NCBI GenBank assembly: GCA_012267505.1
Contig: JAAXGI010000155.1
Span: forward strand, 484-64,483
From: Gemmatimonadota bacterium
GTDB taxonomy: Bacteria > Gemmatimonadota > Gemmatimonadetes > Longimicrobiales > Gaopeijiaceae
Length of the DNA stretch: 64,000 bases
Direction: 5' to 3'
This document shows, piece after piece, positions 59,492-64,000 of this stretch. Each line of letters starts with the position of its first letter. Position 1 is the stretch's first letter. The translations under genes and the position numbers were made by a program. The notes under the pieces were generated by a model that saw only the letters and a list, made by a program, of their open reading frames with translations, did not search any database and was not told the origin of the DNA.

Positions 59492-60211
59492 TCAGGACCG
59501 TATGCCGGCCTCGCCAAGCCACGTCCCGATCACCGAGCGCGCCTTGGCCCGCAGCCGCGACCGGTACTTGGCCGCAGCCGCCCGTAGTTGCGGAACATCC
59601 ATGCCCGTAGCCGTCAGTTCCACCGAGTGACCGATGAGCCACTGCTCGATCCGGCTGGCGTCGACCTCCGGATGGAACTGGAATCCGATGACCCGCGGTC
59701 CCAGCGAGAACGCCTGGTTCTCGCAGGCCGGGGTCGATGCGAGGCGCGTGGCGCCCGCCGGAAGGGTGAATGTGTCACCATGCCAGTGGAGCGTCACTGG
59801 ATCCTTCTCGAATGCAGCGAGGCAGGACGTGCGGCCTGCATCCGTGAGTGTAATGGGAGCAAACCCAACCTCAGGCCGACCGGCGCGATACACGCGCGCT
59901 CCCACAGCTCTCGCGATCAGCTGGGCCCCCAAGCAGATTCCCATCAGCGGACGGCCGGACTCGAGTCGTTGTCGGATGATCCCGATCTCCGTCTCGAGGA
60001 AGGGATAGCGCGCTTCCTCATACGCGCCGATCGGTCCTCCTAGCACGATCAATAGCTCCGGCGATACCGGATTGAGGGCACCGAGGTCGTCCCTGCCGAC
60101 GTCGCAGTATGCCAGCCGGAAGCCGGCCGCCTCCAACGGTGTGGCAAACGAGCCGAGGTCCTCGAATGCCACATGACGGATCACGCTGCATACCATCGCT
60201 TGCTGTGCCAT
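59492..60211 (-). CDS. Class I glutamine amidotransferase (GMP synthase-like GATase1 domain protein)
   Basis: 239 aa: LLIVLGGPIGAYEE...PLMGICLGAQLIARAVGA (nucleophile Cys)...FQFHPE (His-Glu). Confidence 0.88.
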   Translation of the reverse strand: MAQQAMVCSVIRHVAFEDLGSFATPLEAAGFRLAYCDVGRDDLGALNPVSPELLIVLGGPIGAYEEARYPFLETEIGIIRQRLESGRPLMGICLGAQLIARAVGARVYRAGRPEVGFAPITLTDAGRTSCLAAFEKDPVTLHWHGDTFTLPAGATRLASTPACENQAFSLGPRVIGFQFHPEVDASRIEQWLIGHSVELTATGMDVPQLRAAAAKYRSRLRAKARSVIGTWLGEAGIRS

Positions 60212-60352
60212 CGAGGTCTCCTGCTGCCATAACCATCTGCCGCCTCAGACTCGGGCCCGATCCCAGGGATGAGCCTCCGCCCGTCGAATATGGTTCACGG
60301 CCGCGATCCGCGCTGCAGCTGGTAGCAAGCCATGCCGCAGTCTCCCCGGTCC

Positions 60353-60392
60353 AGGTCAACGCAGCATCTCCCGCCGGACTGTAGGTCAACGC
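60353..60392. repeat. Two copies of AGGTCAACGC in direct orientation, 30-nt period
   Basis: Exact 10-mers at 60353..60362 and 60383..60392, in the region upstream of the GATase gene and of the 60584 ORF. Confidence 0.5.
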
Positions 60393-60583
60393 GCGACGTT
60401 ATGCACACTGTACGCGGAACGATATCGAGACCCGGAGACCAGGCATCTACACCGCGAGGCGACTTTCGGCCGGCCCTGTATCCAGTAAAGCACCGCTGAG
60501 GCGTAGTCGACCCCTGCCGTTCTGGCCGGCTGCTCCGAATCCGGCTCTGGCGCCGACACTCCCGCGACGCCCGAGGCGACGGC

Positions 60584-60940
60584 ATGAGCCTGCCGTCCTA
60601 TGGAAATAACCGGGACGGAACGGGCCGGATCTACTACTCGCTCAAGGAGGGCACCTGGAGTGACGACGATAGCATCGCGTGCGAGGGCACTCGGAACCCG
60701 AATGGGTATATTCCCGCCGCCGACCCGCCCTCACCGATCGCCGGTGTACGAGGGTGCCCGGCCGGATCGCCGACGTCGATGGACCTGCCGGTCTGCGAAG
60801 ACGGCCTATGGACGGGATGTGACAGGGATGCCTTCGGTTCCGGATATAGGGTGCTTGAGGTACAGATCATTCAAGGCCTCCCCAGGTCCGGCGGGCAAGT
60901 GTACAACGCCCACACCCCCGCGGCATCCCCTCCCATGTAG
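60584..60940 (+). CDS. Hypothetical 118-aa protein (4 Cys, no signal peptide)
   Basis: This is the only plus-strand ORF in an 18-kb minus-strand run. Its composition is normal (Y, N, D, W present), GC3 is moderately high, and ATG 60584 is the only possible start in frame. I recognise no family, and no clear SD is present. Confidence 0.35.
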   Translation: MSLPSYGNNRDGTGRIYYSLKEGTWSDDDSIACEGTRNPNGYIPAADPPSPIAGVRGCPAGSPTSMDLPVCEDGLWTGCDRDAFGSGYRVLEVQIIQGLPRSGGQVYNAHTPAASPPM

Positions 60941-61555
60941 GTCATCTCCTCTCTCCTTCCTGTCATGCGTTTCCACCTCCCGCCCCGTTCAGTAAACGCA
61001 GAACAGCATGTGTCCCACCCAGTGTTGGCAGAGAGGGGACCATCGCCGATCCCGCCGAGCGGGACACCTTGCAGTAGATGCTCGACGAGGACCCCAGCCG
61101 TCAGGTGTCCTGCTAGGGCGGGGGAGAAGATGACACGGAGGCCGTGTGACCTGCCGAGGTCGACTGTCGCCCCTGCATGCGGGCGGGAGAGCCCGCCACA
61201 GATTGAAGCAGTTCAGGGCGCGCTCCCGTCCGAGAAGCGCCGGGGGGACTAGTCAGACCACGACCTCCGTTCACTGACCGTTGCCCACTCCTTGGGGCAA
61301 TCCATTCCGGACAACCGGCTCTGCCGAACCCCCAGGCCCGCCTTTATTGGCCAGGCGGGGTCACCCCACCGCGCTGCCGGCCAGACGATCGGCTGCGTGG
61401 GTTCATCCCGCTTCCGTTCCCTGCCTCGCCACCGCACGACATCGCAACCGTGCCGCCAGCGGCCGTGTTGCGGACTCTCTGCTCCTGGCCACCCTGCGAA
61501 CTTCTCCAACGGTGTCAGCCGGCAGCCGCATGCCGATGGTCGGGCATCCGCACGC

Positions 61556-62656
61556 TCACACGTTGAAGCGAAATAGGATCAGGTCGCCATCCCGGACTAC
61601 GTACTCCTTCCCTTCTGACCGGATGAGCCCCTGTTCGCGTGCAGCTCTCAGCGACCCGACCCGAGCGAAATCGTCGTAGCCGATTGTCTCGGCTCGGATG
61701 AAGCCACGCAGGAAGTCGGAGTGGATCGTACCGCCAGCCTCCGGGGCCCGTGTGCCCCTGGGAATGGTCCAGGCACGTGATTCCTTCTCATTCGTCGTGA
61801 AGAAGGTGATGACCCCAAGCACATCGTACGTCGCTCGGACCACTCGGTGTACACCGGGTTGGGCCAAGCCCAGCATCTCGAGAAACTCGTCCCTCTCGCT
61901 GGTGGCAAGCCCGGCGAGCTCGGCCTCGACATCGGAACAGATGCACACGAGACCCGCGTCGGGTTCGGTTCGGCGGAGGACCTCCCTCACCTCGCTCGTC
62001 CACTCGTTGTCCCCGTCAGGGAGGCTCTGCTCGTCCACATTCGTGACATACAGAACGGGCTTGCTCGTCAGAAGGTGAAAGGTCCGAAGCAGCGCCACTT
62101 CCGCCGGCCGAACCTCGACGTGGCGTGCCGGAGTCCCCCCTGCGAGACCTTTCCGCACCCGCTCGAGGAGCGCCGCCTCGCGTCCCACCTCCGCATCTCC
62201 TGAACGGACCCTCCGCCCGAGCCTGTCGAGCCGGCGTTCGACGGATTCCAAGTCCGCGATCATCAACTCCGTGTTCACGATCTCCCGGTCCCGAGCCGGA
62301 TCGACACCGCCGAGAACATGGGTCACATCGGGATCGCGGAAGCAGCGGAGCACATGGACGACAGCATCCACCTCCCGGATGTGGCCAAGAAACCGGTTTC
62401 CGAGCCCCTCGCCTTCGGACGCCCCGCGCACAAGCCCCGCGATGTCGACGAATTGCACGACGGCCGCCACGCGCCTCGGACTCCGGGTGTATCGGAAGAC
62501 GGTGTCAAGCCGCGGGTCGGCGACCTCCACCATGCCGGTGTTGGGCTCGACGGTACAGAAGGGGTAGTTGTCCGCCGCCACCGCCTGCCTGGTCAGGGCG
62601 TTGAAGAGCGAAGACTTGCCGACATTGGGGAGGCCGACGATCCCCGCCTTCAACAT
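61556..62656 (-). CDS. ychF: Redox-regulated ATPase YchF
   Basis: From ATG 62656: MLKAGIVGLPNVGKSSLFNALT...NYPFCTVEPN...VDIAGLVRGASEGEGLGNRFL, with a C-terminal TGS domain. Confidence 0.95.
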   Translation of the reverse strand: MLKAGIVGLPNVGKSSLFNALTRQAVAADNYPFCTVEPNTGMVEVADPRLDTVFRYTRSPRRVAAVVQFVDIAGLVRGASEGEGLGNRFLGHIREVDAVVHVLRCFRDPDVTHVLGGVDPARDREIVNTELMIADLESVERRLDRLGRRVRSGDAEVGREAALLERVRKGLAGGTPARHVEVRPAEVALLRTFHLLTSKPVLYVTNVDEQSLPDGDNEWTSEVREVLRRTEPDAGLVCICSDVEAELAGLATSERDEFLEMLGLAQPGVHRVVRATYDVLGVITFFTTNEKESRAWTIPRGTRAPEAGGTIHSDFLRGFIRAETIGYDDFARVGSLRAAREQGLIRSEGKEYVVRDGDLILFRFNV

Positions 62657-63004
62657 GCGGACATCCCGTTCACGGCCCCTGGACCGCACAACCTGCGGCA
62701 CGCGGCTCACGGAGCCTGGAATCTACGGGCCAGGCCAAACCACTCAAGCGCAAGGTCACGCTCCCGCGGAGGGGAAATGACCGCCATCGATTCGGAGGGC
62801 ATGGGGCCCGCATTGCCGAGTGGATCGAGTCGCCCGCACACAAGCCGCAACCGACGGAACGATGGGTCGCCTCCGCCTCTGTGGCGTACGGGTTCTTGCG
62901 AATGACCCGTATTCCGTCGACCTTAGCGGAGTTCTGAGGCCCTGTGCAGTCACCGCACCGTTGCGCCCCGCCTGCGGGGTCCTGCGGTCCGAGAACCGGA
63001 ATCA

Positions 63005-64000
63005 ATGGATTTTTCCTTCGCAAGGCACAGTGATCTCGAGAGGCTCGCGTGGTTTTTCGCGGGCCTGCGCGAGACGATGGTGCGACACGGACATACCTTT
63101 GTGGAGAATCCCGACCGCGCCTCCCTCGTCGTAAACCCATTTCCGAGGAGCTATCCGAAGCCTTTCCGGCGGCGGGGCCAGGCGGTCTTTCTCATCGGCG
63201 TCACTGAGTTGGGGCCCGCTCTGGAGACGACCGAGGAAGCATTGCCGCAGACTTACCCGCTGCTCATCCGTTCGCTCTCGAACCTGCTGATCGGAGTGTC
63301 GGAACCCAACTCCGACGCACCTCCGGACGCCCATTTCATCACCCCGGAGCAGGGACATTACCGGGTGAATGGGACGAGCAATCTCACGGAGTTTTTCGAC
63401 AAGGTCTATGAGCGCATCGAGCCACTCGCGACATCCAGACTCGTCATCGACAACGTCTTCCGGCCCGATCTCCCCGAGCGACTCTGGGAGGGGGACGAGG
63501 TCACCCGTTCCATGTACCGCGCCGGGAAGAAGCTGGATGCACTCAACGTTCTTCCCACGCCCTTTCCGCTCGACGAAATCCTGCCGGCGAAGGAACGCCG
63601 TCACCTGAAGCGACTCTACGGGATCGGCGGGCTCTCCTACGGGAACATCTCCGCCCGTTACGATGCGACCCGCTTCTGGATGAGTGCTTCCGGCGTCGAC
63701 AAGTCTAACCTGAAGGAGGTCGGACGCGACATCTTGATGGTCACCGACTACGACGAAGCGGATGGATCGATGCTCCTATCCGTCCCGCCCGGCATCGAGC
63801 CAAGGAGAGTGTCCGTCGATGCCATCGAGCACTGGATGATCTACCGCGAGCACCCGAGCGTCGGCGCCATCCTTCACGTCCACGCGTGGATGGATGGTAT
63901 TCCCTCAACCGAATTCAACTACCCCTGCGGCACCTTCGAGCTGGGCAAGGCGGTAGCTGAGATCCTCCGGGACCACCCGGAGCCGGCGCAGGCCGTTGTC
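63005..64000 (+). CDS. Class II aldolase/adducin-domain protein with a ~200-aa N-terminal extension (3' end runs off the window)
   Basis: The hand-translated frame from ATG 63005 is open to the window end (332 codons). The C-terminal part, LKRLYGIGGLSYGNISARYD...FWMSASGVDKSNL...VDAIEHWMIYREHPSVGAILHVHAW, is aldolase II-like. It is not in the ORF track (no stop). The antisense ORF 63002..63604 is spurious. Confidence 0.8.
   Translation, partial: MDFSFARHSDLERLAWFFAGLRETMVRHGHTFVENPDRASLVVNPFPRSYPKPFRRRGQAVFLIGVTELGPALETTEEALPQTYPLLIRSLSNLLIGVSEPNSDAPPDAHFITPEQGHYRVNGTSNLTEFFDKVYERIEPLATSRLVIDNVFRPDLPERLWEGDEVTRSMYRAGKKLDALNVLPTPFPLDEILPAKERRHLKRLYGIGGLSYGNISARYDATRFWMSASGVDKSNLKEVGRDILMVTDYDEADGSMLLSVPPGIEPRRVSVDAIEHWMIYREHPSVGAILHVHAWMDGIPSTEFNYPCGTFELGKAVAEILRDHPEPAQAVV

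Noticed and set aside
61249-61509. An 86-aa minus-strand ORF (MEKFAGWPGAESPQHGRWRHG...) and overlapping plus-strand ORFs downstream of ychF.
   Set aside because: It is unusually Trp/Arg-rich (8 W in 86 aa) with no SD and no family resemblance, so it is probably a chance ORF.

Overview
High-GC (by eye about two-thirds G+C) bacterial chromosomal segment, almost entirely core housekeeping genes. I support about 60 CDS and one small SRP (4.5S) RNA. I saw no rRNA, tRNA, CRISPR array, transposase, integrase or prophage signature. Strand use is strongly biased: about 16.8-29.8 kb and 43.7-62.7 kb are essentially unbroken minus-strand runs, with many ATGA/GTGA start-stop overlaps.

Gene blocks, left to right:
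- rimP-nusA (nusA runs off the window), murA, gatCAB, a UvrD/PcrA helicase, an MFS transporter
- lipoprotein-serS
- a translationally coupled trio: mannose-1-P guanylyltransferase-like, hexapeptide-repeat protein, MBL hydrolase
- an 8 kb supercluster: rplM-rpsI-rpsB-tsf-pyrH-frr-uppS-cdsA-dxr-rseP
- a sigma54 NtrC-type regulator, thpR, a Tat-signal amidase, pntAA-pntAB-pntB
- a PLP decarboxylase, a small sensor-like protein and a 1369-aa NtrY-like kinase
- a secreted protein, bshB1, a HIRAN protein, cysteine desulfurase-mnmA, dnaJ-grpE, pncC-pgsA
- recR-ybaB-dnaX-ffs, a second MBL hydrolase, smc, a degenerate P-loop protein, rsfS, rplI, DUF2232, rpsF/rpsR
- a cytochrome c, a GATase, ychF and a class II aldolase-like gene (runs off the window)

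The gene content (bshB1, DUF2232 next to rplI, pgsA-cinA, ffs-dnaX-ybaB-recR) together with the GC suggests a Gemmatimonadota-like lineage. That is weak inference only.

I did not find a convincing novel multi-gene system such as a defence, retron or toxin-antitoxin locus. The observations most worth a second look are:
- rpsF and rpsR form one uninterrupted reading frame (an S6-S18 fusion)
- four unusually long stretches with no credible gene: 8.9-9.7 kb, 25.1-25.7 kb, 50.9-51.5 kb and 60.2-61.6 kb
- a giant polytopic kinase followed by a small sensor-like protein and an aromatic amino-acid decarboxylase
- a catalytically degenerate, tail-anchored BY-kinase/ParA-like protein upstream of smc
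- an SRP RNA whose apical loop is not a GNRA tetraloop
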